43,050 nt of DNA, taken from NCBI RefSeq assembly GCF_001194135.2, contig NC_068983.1, positions 8,909,820 through 8,952,869 of the forward strand. The letters run 5' to 3'. Below, one piece after another: positions 10,446 through 21,598 of this stretch. The DNA is from Octopus bimaculoides (lineage: Eukaryota). The notes beneath the pieces are model-generated. The model made no database searches. It was not told where the DNA came from and saw only the letters and a program-made list of their open reading frames with translations. The translations under genes were made by a program, and so were the position numbers. Position 1 is the stretch's first letter; the number at the start of each line of letters is the position of its first letter.

Positions 10446-11384
10446 CTACATACATTCACACGCAGATATGTGTATATGTTTGCTCGTGTGTGAGCATGTG
10501 TGAATGTGAACGTGTGATTTACAAGTAGTAGCTTAGGCGGAAAAATAAATGTGGAAGATTAATAAATTTTATAGATAAATATTGTTATGAATCTGAGGAT
10601 CATTATAAGTATATTCATATATTTTGTGTGTTTGAAAAAGATCGCCTGTGATATGCGTGTACGTGCATGCGTGTGTTTGTATGTATAAATATTAGATATA
10701 AACTGGCTTATAAAAATCAGCTGCATTATTTCACATATTGAGAGTTAATCACTGACCGTATGATAATGAACTAATTAACAATATATCGCATGCTGCAGGC
10801 GAAAAAAAATAATAAACCGAAATCCAACAATAAAGCAATATCAAACACAAGACAATAACATAGCAATTTCTTATGTGATGTGGGGAGTACCAAAAATTGC
10901 AACGATTATAATTACTTTATTTGCTATGTTGAATTAAGATGACACACAGATAAATAAAACGCCTTTCAAATCGCAGTATTAAACGTAAACAACCTAAAGC
11001 TGAAGTACAAAGGACCTGATATGAGTTGGCTTACGAGGAAAAGTAGAGGACAGCTCAATGTATCTGTTATATGAACAAAATTTTGATTTAATGGATTATA
11101 TAGAGAAAGAAATATGTAAATTTTTGTAAGACGATTATAGGAAACGACGATTATTATGGTGTTAGAAGGGTAGTTAAAAGTAAACCTGTTAAAAGAATAT
11201 GGGATTTTATAAATATTTTACGGGGGAATCAAAAAATGTCGTCATCGTTTTGATAGTTGTTCTTCAAGGTGTAGATCGTTTGCTTTTACTTCAACGTGAC
11301 TAGGAATTCATTTAACTAACACTTCTTGTGTACTCACTCAGCAAATATGGAATTTTTCGTTCCCCACGAGTCTATTACAGAGCT

Positions 11385-11545
11385 CAACAAGTGCCTAATT
11401 TATCGGCCTCGAAAGGCTGAAAAGCAAAGTCAACCATTTGAACTCAGAAAATAAAACCGGACGAAATTTGAACTCAAAAAAATAAAATCAAATGAGACGA
11501 AGCAAAGAATGTTATCCAGCGTGATAACGATTCTGCCTCCTTACG
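11385..11545 (-). mobile_element. SINE-B fragment with a small internal duplication
   Basis: tttatcggcctcgaaaggctgaaaagcaaagtcaacc; atttgaactca occurs twice; ccagcgtgataacgattctgcc. Confidence 0.7.
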
Positions 11546-11678
11546 AAAGTTCCAGTCTTAATAACTCCTCTTATATGCGTCCATCTACTTTTTCTTGCAT
11601 ATTTTTAGAGATAGTTTTTGCTCATATTTGTTATTCTTTTGTTTTTGTGTTATTTTTTTTCATGACTACCTGTATAAA

Positions 11679-12385
11679 NNNNNNNNNNNNNNNNNNNNNN
11701 NNNNNNNNNNNNNNNNNNNNNNNNNNNNNNNNNNNNNNNNNNNNNNNNNNNNNNNNNNNNNNNNNNNNNNNNNNNNNNNNNNNNNNNNNNNNNNNNNNNN
11801 NNNNNNNNNNNNNNNNNNNNNNNNNNNNNNNNNNNNNNNNNNNNNNNNNNNNNNNNNNNNNNNNNNNNNNNNNNNNNNNNNNNNNNNNNNNNNNNNNNNN
11901 NNNNNNNNNNNNNNNNNNNNNNNNNNNNNNNNNNNNNNNNNNNNNNNNNNNNNNNNNNNNNNNNNNNNNNNNNNNNNNNNNNNNNNNNNNNNNNNNNNNN
12001 NNNNNNNNNNNNNNNNNNNNNNNNNNNNNNNNNNNNNNNNNNNNNNNNNNNNNNNNNNNNNNNNNNNNNNNNNNNNNNNNNNNNNNNNNNNNNNNNNNNN
12101 NNNNNNNNNNNNNNNNNNNNNNNNNNNNNNNNNNNNNNNNNNNNNNNNNNNNNNNNNNNNNNNNNNNNNNNNNNNNNNNNNNNNNNNNNNNNNNNNNNNN
12201 NNNNNNNNNNNNNNNNNNNNNNNNNNNNNNNNNNNNNNNNNNNNNNNNNNNNNNNNNNNNNNNNNNNNNNNNNNNNNNNNNNNNNNNNNNNNNNNNNNNN
12301 NNNNNNNNNNNNNNNNNNNNNNNNNNNNNNNNNNNNNNNNNNNNNNNNNNNNNNNNNNNNNNNNNNNNNNNNNNNNNNNNNNNNN
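11679..12385. other. Assembly gap
   Basis: N run. Confidence 1.
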
Positions 12386-12442
12386 ATATATATATATATA
12401 TATATACATGTTCATACTAACATATATATGTATATACACATG

Positions 12443-12769
12443 CATATAAGGGTACAGGACGTAAAAAGAACACAAACAACATGAAAAACGAGAAAATGAA
12501 ATACGAAAACATGGAAAACGAATTTTTTTTTGTGAACAGCGGAAAAAAACAAATAGAGAAACAAGACAGGCAACATTACGAAAACACATCTTGTCCTAAT
12601 GTTGGAAATGCGGAGTAGATATAACAGTGGACAACTGATGAAGGGATTGTTCTTTATATTGCCGTTCTTGTCTTCTATTTGTTTCGTGCGATGTTCGTAA
12701 AAAAAGTTCGTTTTCCATGTTTTCATATTTCATGTTGTTTACGTATTTGACGTCCAGTACCCATATATG
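12443..12769. mobile_element. Fold-back element with ~115-135-bp imperfect inverted arms (Penelope pseudo-LTR-like or MITE)
   Basis: Left arm catataagggtacaggacgt...aaacaacatgaaa...catggaaaacgaa...aaacaaataga...ggcaacat (12443-12576) vs the reverse complement of 12656-12769, catatatgggtactggacgt...aaacaacatgaaa...catggaaaacgaa...aaacaaataga...ggcaatat. Confidence 0.7.
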
Positions 12770-12812
12770 CATGTGTATATACATATGTAATTATGTATAT
12801 GTATGTATGTAT

Positions 12813-13152
12813 ATACTCTTTACTCTTTTACTTGTTTCAGTCATTTGATTGCGGTCATGATGGAGCACTACCTTTGGTCGAGCAAATCGACCGCAGGACT
12901 TATTCTATCGGTCTCTTTTGCGAACTGCTAAGTTATGGGGACGTAAACACACCAGCATACACACACCCCCACACACACATATATATATACGACGGGCTTT
13001 TTCAGTTTCTGTCTACCAAATCCACTCACAAGGCTTTGGTCGTACCGAGGCTATAGTAGAAGACACTTGCCCGAGGTGCCACGCAGTGGGAACGAACCCG
13101 GAACGATGTGGTTCGTAAGCAAGCTACTTACCACACAGCCACTTCTGCGCCT
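12813..13152 (-). mobile_element. SINE-A, near full length, small internal deletions
   Basis: Tail tactctttactcttttacttgtttcagtcatttg, body, and head ...cttaccacacagccacttctgcgcc. Confidence 0.95.
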
Positions 13153-13708
13153 ATATGCATTTATATATTAATCATATCATATGTGTGTGTGTGTGTGTGT
13201 GTCTGCGCAGTCTCTTGATACTCTTTGTTTTGCCGGTGGGTTGCCAGCAATTTACCACTCGGGTGATTTATATAGTTATTTACATCGTCACTTGCCTGAA
13301 AATCTCAGTCTCCTATGATGAAACTCAGGGGAGTAAGAGTCTGACACGACGACGCTTAAAGTGCCAAAAACGCGCATCTGAAAATCTGCTAGAGAGATGG
13401 GGCAGGTATGGTATTTAAACACCTTTTACCTTTGGTGAGAATGTTGTTCTCCGCCGTGGTTGCATTGAATTTTTCTTTAGAAAATAAGATAACTCGCAAA
13501 CATATTTTAATTAAACTAAAGTCTCTGTCTCTCTCTTTCTGTCTGTCTGTCACTCTCTCTCTCTCTCTCTCTCTAAATACCTACCTATATCTCTGCATGT
13601 ATATATATGTAAATATCTATATATGTGTATGTGTGTGTGTGTATGCTTGCATGCATGTGTGTGTGTATGCATATATATATATATATATACACACACAGAT
13701 AGATATAA

Positions 13709-13942
13709 GGCGGCGAGCTGGCAGAGACGTTAGCGCTCCGGGTGAAATGCTTGGCGGTATTTCGTCTGCGGTTACGTTCTGAGCTCAAATTTCGCCGAGG
13801 TCAACTACGCCTTTCATCCTTTCGGAGTCGATAAATTAAGTACCAGTTAAGCACTGGGGTCGATGTAATCGACTTAATCCCTTTGTCTGTCCTTGTTTGT
13901 CCCCTTTATGTTTAGCCTCTTGTGGGCAATAAAAAAAAATAA
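13709..13942 (+). mobile_element. SINE-B long form (with the Tx1-like 3' tail), stand-alone
   Basis: ggcggcgagctggcagagacgttagc...ttctgagctcaaat...cctttcatcctttcggagtcgataaattaagtaccag...tttgtcccctttatgtttagcctcttgtgggcaataaa. Confidence 0.95.
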
Positions 13943-14902
13943 AGATAGACAGGTACGTATTTATTTATTCAAAGTTTATATGATTCTGTTAAGCTAAGTA
14001 GGCAAAGAGCGTTTCATTTCAAACGAAACTGTATTAAATATTTACTAATAGCTCTGCTGCTAGCTTAACATTGTATCAAAGAGAAGCAAAGTTTATAAGG
14101 AAGGACATAGTTTTGCTGGGCAGCTGTATAATTCAGTGAGTTTTATGCGAAATGAAAGCTAATAATCCAAGCGGAAACCATAATTTTCTATAAATGATAA
14201 TTCCCGGACAATTTCCCTCCAGTTGTCATGGTTTCAGAGAAGACTTTTTTCAAAAGAAACTCTTCAAATAGAGCACGTATGATAACAATATAATATAAAT
14301 AATGCATGACACATAAGAAATATGCTGACAACCTGTTTCCTTAAAATGTGTAGTTTCTTTAATAAAATATTGGCTATGGTTCGGTTGTAAATCTTAATTT
14401 TCTGGAACGCATGTTTATCTTTCAACTGCACTCACAGGATTCTGGTAAAAGGCTAAGAATTTGCAGGTACCATAGTAACGCAATATATATTTAAGAAATC
14501 ATTTTTCTTTCCTGGTGCAAACTATGATTATTTATACAACAATGGGAGAGTTAAATCTATAATGGACTAGCTCTACCTTAAAAATGGTTGGTTGAAGAAC
14601 TACCACAGAAAATACCACGCAGTGATACATAAGGAATGGAATTTAGTTTGGACAATGTTTCATGTCAAAAGAAATAACATCAAATTTTATATAGGAATAT
14701 ACAAATAAATCTTCTTATTATATTTCCATATAATTCTTTGGGAAATGCTATTTTCTGAAGATAATCCCTAGTTTGTAGTAACGGAAATTTTATGGAGTAT
14801 AAAAAAATTCCTTCAAATTGAATTATAATGGATATTATAAAACAGACATATGTATATGTGTATGTGTGTGTATTTATACACTTATATCTATATATTCATA
14901 TG

Positions 14903-14940
<38 letters not shown>

Positions 14941-15073
14941 CACAATATATTTATATGTATATATATAAATATATATACAATATACATAAATTTATATATA
15001 GACAGAGAGAAAGAGAAATGGAGGGATAAACTATCGATCTATCTTTGTTTAATCATACTTTTCTTTCTATCTA

Positions 15074-15074
<1 letters not shown>

Positions 15075-15140
<66 letters not shown>
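15075..15140. repeat. (TATC)n(TA)n microsatellite
   Basis: Direct reading. Confidence 0.9.
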
Positions 15141-15142
<2 letters not shown>

Positions 15143-15792
15143 TTGTATATTCCTTCGTTTTTCTTTCTATAACTTCTCACAAGTAGAGAAAGAGACAACA
15201 TCCAACGTAGAAACTAATCTCTTTCCATGCCACTTAGATAGCATCAACGCTATGGTCATGTATGCATGTATGTAAATATGCATGTGTGTGTATGAATGTA
15301 ATATGTGTATGTATGTTTGCATGCAAGCACAAATATCTCTTTGTACAAACGATGTTTTATGTCTAGAGGTGTGTATGACCTTCCAGTATCTTCTAAGCTT
15401 CTGGAATGAACATTTCACATATTTTCAGCATACCATTGATGACTTACATTTCCTTAGAAGCAATGCCCCTTCTAGTTTTGTACATTCCAGCTTCCGCAGT
15501 TTGATACTGCGGCAATTGTTAAGCATCAAAGGTAAAATTTTTAAGCTGAATTTAAATTAGACTAATTCCACAGTTTCTATTAGTTTCGCTTAGGTGTTTA
15601 TTTAGTCTTTAATCTTACTCCTTTAACATCTGTAATATCTGCTGTGCGACTGATATCACGTATAGCACGTAATTTCTTTCCTTTACTCTGTTTATTTGTC
15701 TGACGTACTCTTGCCCTGCCTTAAGGAATATAAATATATATATATATAGTGTGTGCATCTGTGCTTTATATATGTATGAATGTCCCACCACC

Positions 15793-16432
15793 AACATTAG
15801 TCTGGACAAGACTGTTGTAATGTTCCAGCCTGCACCAGGACATCCATATGTGAAACCAGCTATCATGGTTGAACGAACAATTCTGAAGGTAGTAGACAAG
15901 TTTGTCTTCCTGGGCAGCACACTCAGCTGTTCTTGCTCCCTGGATGAGGAAATATCTTTCAGGTTGCAGAGAACAACTAATTCCTTCCGGTCTCTTCAGT
16001 CTCGTGTCTGGTCCCAGCATGGCATCACAAGGCAAACAAAAGTTGCTGTGTACCGTGCATGTGTACTGACATCGCTCCTCTACTCATGTGAGACATGGAC
16101 TCTGTACAAACGTCAGGTAAGGGTCCCTGAAAGCTTTCATCAGAGATGTCTCAGACACATTCTCAATGTTGGCTGGGCCTCAAAAATTCCAGACACACAG
16201 ATCCTGAGGACAGCTGATATCTTGAGTATTGAGGCGATGGTGCACAAGCACCGGTTACGTTGGACTGGACACCTTATTAGAATGAAGGATAGCAGGATTC
16301 CTAAACAGATGCTAAATGGAGAACTTGTGAATGGAAGGAAACTCCGGCAGAAATCAAGGACTGTGTAAAGTCCTCATTAAAGACCTGTGATATGCAGGAC
16401 ACTGACTGGGAGAACAATACCTGTGTTCGGCT
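15793..16432 (+). mobile_element. RTE-clade (BovB-like) LINE fragment: C-terminal RT/thumb region of ORF2
   Basis: ORF 15751..16368 contains ISLDKTVVM...VDKFVFLGSTLS...TKVAVYRACVLTSLLYSCETW...FHQRCLRHIL...RLRWTGHLIRMKDSRIPKQML, hallmark RTE motifs. It continues after a frameshift as KDCVKSSLKTCD...WE. Confidence 0.93.
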
Positions 16433-16982
16433 AGTGTCATGTAACAGTCTCCGTGCAACGAAAGACTATTCAATGAAGAAGGGTATGAGGCAAGAGTTTG
16501 TAATTTCAACTATTTCACGCGTAATATTATAATGATTATATCAAGAAGTTAATGTGAGTGAGTAGCTATCTGGGGAATAATCAGTATTTTCCATTACAAG
16601 TTAATTAATAATTAATTCGGATAATCAAAAATTTTGAACTCTCGTCATGAAAATCGTCATATATGTCAAATTTTATTTGTGTAAGATAAAGAGATATGGA
16701 AGATGTCGAAAATGCATTGTTCATCTTGAAAGGAATATGTTCTCTACTTAGGATCCATATTAAACAGCAGGTTTATATGACACTCACGATTGTCATTTGT
16801 GCAGAGACTACACATTGTTGGAGAATACTTTTGTAGCGTGAATGTAATCTATTGCTACACAACAATACCACCTTTAATGTCTCTATGGCTTTATACATCT
16901 GAAATGGAACAACAACATTGCGTTAGATATTGACACTAGCGTCCATCATGGTGTATATTTTCCGCAGAGCAACAGAATTAAT

Positions 16983-17698
16983 ATATAGGGTTGGGACAAA
17001 AGATGTGTTAACGGTCTAAATAGTTCTTACTATTTGTGAATGGGAAAGAAGTGTTCGAGTTCTAAACCGATATAGCAATGAGGAAGTATGTTCCTATTCA
17101 TGGAATCTAGTTCGGCTTAACGAAACATTCTCATTACTGAGATGCTTAGTGTCTCAAGTATATGATTCCCAGGGGTCTATGCCGACACGATGATAACACT
17201 GTTTCTAGAAAAGGTGGTGTTTTGTAAGTTATTAGATGATTCACAACGCAGTATGTGAGTGGATTTCAACTAAGAAACTGAAGCACAGCAGTGATTAAGA
17301 ATAGATAGACTGAAGTAGAAACATCTCCATCAAGAACATGGCAATAGTTTATGAGAAAAAAATATCGCTATTATTTGGATTAGTTGCAGATGTTTGATGT
17401 TGTGTGTGCAATGGAAGACGGTCTTTTGTTCCGTAATCACAAGACAAGCCTTTTTGGGGAATTGTTTAGAAGAAAACTGAGCAAATTCCTCTTCGATCAA
17501 ATGATTTAGTGAATGGTTAACTGTTGTCTAGCTTAACAATTATAAATGACATTTCGTTTTCGTCAGAGTTGTCCAGTCTCCTGAGAATACTCGAACCATT
17601 TATCTTTCTTCCAGTCTAAAAAATCCTACAAATAGTCTCCCATTTAGACCAGTTCATTAAAAAATACATAATTTGAAAATATTTGAGCAACCCTATGT
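16983..17698. mobile_element. Possible decayed Tc1/mariner-type element
   Basis: Short inverted ends atagggttg...caaccctat with TA flanks. No convincing transposase read. Confidence 0.25.
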
Positions 17699-18257
17699 AT
17701 CGAATGGGCCGAAAACTAACTTTATTTGAACCAATTTGTAAACTAGAAACACTGAATATATTTTTTTATAATTCAGTTTTATAATCAGTTTTTGACTCGG
17801 TTTCTTCTTCTTTTCCTTTCTTCTTCTTCAGCTGTGGTTTTGTATTTGTCGTATCAGTGCTAGCAAGGAACCAATGTGTAGCTGCCTAAACCATAATTTC
17901 TTTAAGAGAGACAATATTATAGTTATTCCTTCTTTTCGGAATAGTGAAAAGTGTCGTTTGAGGGAAATAAAGTTGATATTTCCAGGAGATCAAGCGATAA
18001 TATGAAAGCTTTCATGTTTCTTAGTGAAATCTTGGTCATCTAGAGATGAGAAGTATATAAAGTAAAATAGCAATACGGCAACATAAATAAGAAGCAACGC
18101 CAGTTCATCTCTAACTTTTTTCTCTATGACAGGTAGAAAGGACTTTATGGCAGTATAAGCACATATAAAGAAAATGCAATCAAAGCAGAATTCTGAATGG
18201 TAATACTAACTTTGAGTGCAGACAAGCTCTCTCCCTTCCAACGTAAAAACTATTCGA

Positions 18258-18259
<2 letters not shown>

Positions 18260-18311
<52 letters not shown>
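18260..18311. repeat. (GT)n microsatellite
   Basis: Direct reading. Confidence 0.95.
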
Positions 18312-18314
<3 letters not shown>

Positions 18315-18544
18315 GGGCTCTATATGTGAGAAGTTAAATCTCAAATCAAATCCAGCCATGTTTCAAAAACTGGAAACTTAAGATAATTTACGTGAGTATG
18401 TGTGTGCGCGCGCTCATGAGAGAGACAGAGAGGTAAAGAGAGAGAGAGTGTATAAATGTGTTCACCATGGTTGCAATATCTTTGATCATAGCACTGTTCA
18501 AAGAAGTTCACCCGTGTGCTGGACAACACACGTCTAGCTGAAGC

Positions 18545-19023
18545 NNNNNNNNNNNNNNNNNNNNNNNNNNNNNNNNNNNNNNNNNNNNNNNNNNNNNNNN
18601 NNNNNNNNNNNNNNNNNNNNNNNNNNNNNNNNNNNNNNNNNNNNNNNNNNNNNNNNNNNNNNNNNNNNNNNNNNNNNNNNNNNNNNNNNNNNNNNNNNNN
18701 NNNNNNNNNNNNNNNNNNNNNNNNNNNNNNNNNNNNNNNNNNNNNNNNNNNNNNNNNNNNNNNNNNNNNNNNNNNNNNNNNNNNNNNNNNNNNNNNNNNN
18801 NNNNNNNNNNNNNNNNNNNNNNNNNNNNNNNNNNNNNNNNNNNNNNNNNNNNNNNNNNNNNNNNNNNNNNNNNNNNNNNNNNNNNNNNNNNNNNNNNNNN
18901 NNNNNNNNNNNNNNNNNNNNNNNNNNNNNNNNNNNNNNNNNNNNNNNNNNNNNNNNNNNNNNNNNNNNNNNNNNNNNNNNNNNNNNNNNNNNNNNNNNNN
19001 NNNNNNNNNNNNNNNNNNNNNNN
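18545..19023. other. Assembly gap (not microsatellite-flanked)
   Basis: N run. Confidence 1.
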
Positions 19024-19067
19024 AACAGTCCTCTCCCATCCTTACATCAATATTATAATTAAAAAAT

Positions 19068-19318
19068 AAATGCGCCCTTTTAAAGCCTAGCCAGGCACAT
19101 GAGCCCGGTTTCCCGGTTTCAATGGCGTATGTTTTCCCCAGCTGGACGGGACGCCAGTCCATCGCAGCGTGACTCATTTTTGCCAGCTGAGTGGACTGGA
19201 GCAACGTGAAATGATGTGTTTTGCTCAAGAACACAACGCGTCGCCCGGTCCAGGAATCGAAACCACAATCTTACGATCATGATGCTGACACCCTAACCAC
19301 TAACCCACGCACCTCCAC
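19068..19318 (-). mobile_element. SINE-C (tRNA-derived head, V-SINE-like central domain)
   Basis: Minus strand: gtggaggtgcgtgggttagtggttagggtgtcag...ttcgattcctggaccggg (A/B boxes)...tgttcttgagcaaaacac...gatggactggcgtcccgtccag. Second copy at 21362-21598. Confidence 0.9.
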
Positions 19319-19344
19319 ACATCGATATTATACCCTTTCTAAAA

Positions 19345-19557
19345 GGCGGTGAACTGGCAGAATCCTTAGTAGACTGAGAAACATGCTTAGCAACATTTCC
19401 TCCGTTTTGGTGTTCTGAGTTCAAATTCCACCGAGGTTCACTTTGCCTTTCATTCTCTCGAGGTCGATAAAATACGTAGCAATTCAGCACTGGGGTCGAA
19501 GAAATTGACTTTTGCCCTCTCCCGAAATTGATGACTTTGTGCCGAAATTTGAAACTG
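19345..19557 (+). mobile_element. SINE-B short form
   Basis: ggcggtgaactggcagaatcc...gttctgagttcaaattccaccgagg...gtcgataaaat...ctttgtgccgaaatttgaaac. Confidence 0.9.
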
Positions 19558-19579
19558 ATATTATATCTTTTCTACCATA

Positions 19580-19757
19580 GCTACTAGGCTTAAAATTTGC
19601 GCCGAGGGAGGCAAGTCGATTACATCGAAACCAGTGCGTAACTGGTACTTATTTCATTGATCCCGATGAAGGCAAAGTCGAAATCAGAACGTAATGACAG
19701 ACGAAATGCCGCTAAACATTTTTCCCGGCGTGCTGACGATTCTGTCAGCTCGCAATC
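19580..19757 (-). mobile_element. SINE-B short form with internal deletions
   Basis: gtcgattacatcgaaaccagtgcgtaactggtacttattt...cagaacgtaatgacagacgaaat...gctgacgattctgtcagctcgc. Confidence 0.88.
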
Positions 19758-19780
19758 TTTCACATCAATATTATATCCAA

Positions 19781-20177
19781 GGCGGCGAGCTGGCAGAATC
19801 GTTAGCACGCCGGGCGAAATGCTTAACGGTATTTCGTCTGCCACTGCGTTCTGAGTTCAAATTCCGCCGAGGTCGACTTTGCCTTTCATCCTTTCGGGGT
19901 GGATAACTTAAGTATCAGTTACGCACTGGGGTCGATGTAATCGACATAATCCGTTTGTCTGTCCTTGTTTGTCCCCTCTGTGTGTAGTCCCTTGTGGGCA
20001 GTAAAGAAATAGGTATTTTGTCTGTCTTTACGTTCTGAGTTCAATTTCCGCCGAGGTCGACTTTGCCTTTCATCCTATCGGGGTCGATAAATTAAGTACC
20101 AGTCGTGTACAGGGGTTGATCTAATCGATTTAATCCCCTTCCCGAAAATTTCGGGCCTTGTGCCTAGAGTAGAAAAA
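19781..20177 (+). mobile_element. Composite SINE-B: long form joined into a short form, flanked by a 14-bp TSD
   Basis: Long form 19781-20011 ending gtgggcagtaaagaaata; short-form remainder from ggtatttt (20012). AATATTATATCCAA occurs at 19767-19780 and 20178-20191. Confidence 0.92.
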
Positions 20178-20412
20178 AATATTATATCCAATTTTGATGC
20201 GGCGGAGGTAAACCGGCATATACTGTCGGGCTCCGCTGCTAATATTGGGGGTTGCATTCTATGCCTTGGTCTGAGTATAGGACCGGACTCGCCTCTTTGA
20301 GCTGGGAAATGAATGGGATGACTGCTGTATGTGTTTTCTTGTGTCTATTCCCTCCTAAAGAAATGGGGAATAGGCCTGGCTATGTATAAAAATTAAATTA
20401 TATGCAAAATAT

Positions 20413-20580
20413 AAGGCAGCGATCCGGTACGGTAGTTATCGCGCCAGTGAAAACGCTTGGCCGCATTTCGACAGCTTTTACATTTTGAGTACAAATTTTG
20501 CAGAGGTGACTGGCGTCGATTTAAACGACTCCACCTTGCCTCATAAAATTTCAGACCTTGTTCCTATTATAGAAATGATT
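20413..20580 (+). mobile_element. SINE-B, decayed and deleted
   Basis: aaggcagcgatcc...catttcgacagctttacattttgagtacaaattttgcagagg...aaatttcagaccttgttcct. Confidence 0.55.
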
Positions 20581-20931
20581 ATATCCAGATTACTGAAGCT
20601 TAAAAATTTAGGGAATATGTAGTATCAAATTTTATTCAATACCATACAAGGGTAAAATGAAAATGAAGGCAAGCGAAAACTTCACGTATAAGGTAAAGGA
20701 TATAATCTGCAATACCTGAAACGTTGACTATTTGATATTTAGGGAAATCTATTAACTTATGTATTTATCATATTGAAAGCATCACAACAGATAGAACATT
20801 ATATCTGATAGGCAGCGTAGCCTTCCTGGTCAATACACTTCAACAGAGTTATATATATATATATATATATTCCTTGAATAGCGTTTAAACAGTTTACCTT
20901 CACTGAATGTGTGTGTTCGCGCGCGCACGAA

Positions 20932-21008
20932 GGCGTGTAACTTAGTGCTTAAGTTATGCGGCACGCGATCATAAGATCGTGAGTTTGATTCCCGGTGCCG
21001 TGCTGTGA
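20932..21008 (+). mobile_element. SINE-C head only, decayed
   Basis: ggcgtgtaacttagtgcttaag...gatcataagatcgtgagtttgattcccgg aligns to the SINE-C head. Confidence 0.55.
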
Positions 21009-21111
21009 CCCAGTAATTTGTAAGTTATTAATCCAGAGAATGTCAGTTGTAAACTTATTGTTCCAATATTTGCGAGATGGAATTTAAAGCTATTTTGAGA
21101 CTAAATCTCAC

Positions 21112-21326
21112 AGAAGTTAGACCATCGGATGCGTTGACTTGATGCATTTATTCCGGCTTCCAGTGTATGACTTCCAATTACGCCATGGTAAACTACGTTT
21201 TTCATGTTTTCGGACATGGAACTCATCTTGGACGGGTAGTTGGTGACGTTGTATGAGATGTTTTGCAGTTTAAGAGCCTGCATTCCGTGTTCTGAGATGA
21301 AATTCTTCCAAGATGTTATATTGAAG
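21112..21326 (-). CDS. Candidate host exon resembling the C-terminal lobe of a Venus-flytrap/ANF-receptor ligand-binding domain (GABA-B-like class C GPCR or related receptor)
   Basis: Acceptor ctcattttcttcataag|c, the only open frame of three, C-ending codon bias, four N-x-S/T sequons, and possible donor tct|gtgaga. Peptide FNITSWKNFISEHGMQALKLQNISYNVTNYPSKMSSMSENMKNVVYHGVIGSHTLEAGINASSQRIRWSNF. Family resemblance judged by eye. Confidence 0.45.
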
Positions 21327-21361
21327 CTTATGAAGAAAATGAGGTGGGTGGGGTTGGCCGT

Positions 21362-21598
21362 TAATTTCTCGAGTGATGCCGACTCAAAAGGGTCGGTTTC
21401 CATGGCGTATAAATTACTCACTTGAGCTGGTCGCCAGTCCGTCGCAAGATTACTTAATTTTACCAGCTGAGTGGACTGGAACAAAGGGAAATGAAATGTT
21501 TTGCTCAAGAACACAACGTGTCACCCAATCCAGGAATCTAAACCACAATTGTACGATTATGGATCCTGCCTCCTAACCACTAAGCCATGCGCCTCCAC
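21362..21598 (-). mobile_element. SINE-C
   Basis: Collinear with 19068-19318 (ccagctgagtggactgga...ttttgctcaagaacacaacg...ccaggaatc...cctaaccactaagccatgcgcctccac). Confidence 0.9.

Noticed and set aside
13310-13346. ATGATGA...CTGA as a C/D snoRNA or hammerhead
   Set aside because: The boxes are only ~25 nt apart, and there is no GAAA or stem III.
19345-20177. Repeated motifs that might suggest a CRISPR array or tRNA cluster
   Set aside because: They are 200-400-bp SINE copies in mixed orientation. There is no repeat-spacer periodicity, and the heads lack a complete cloverleaf.
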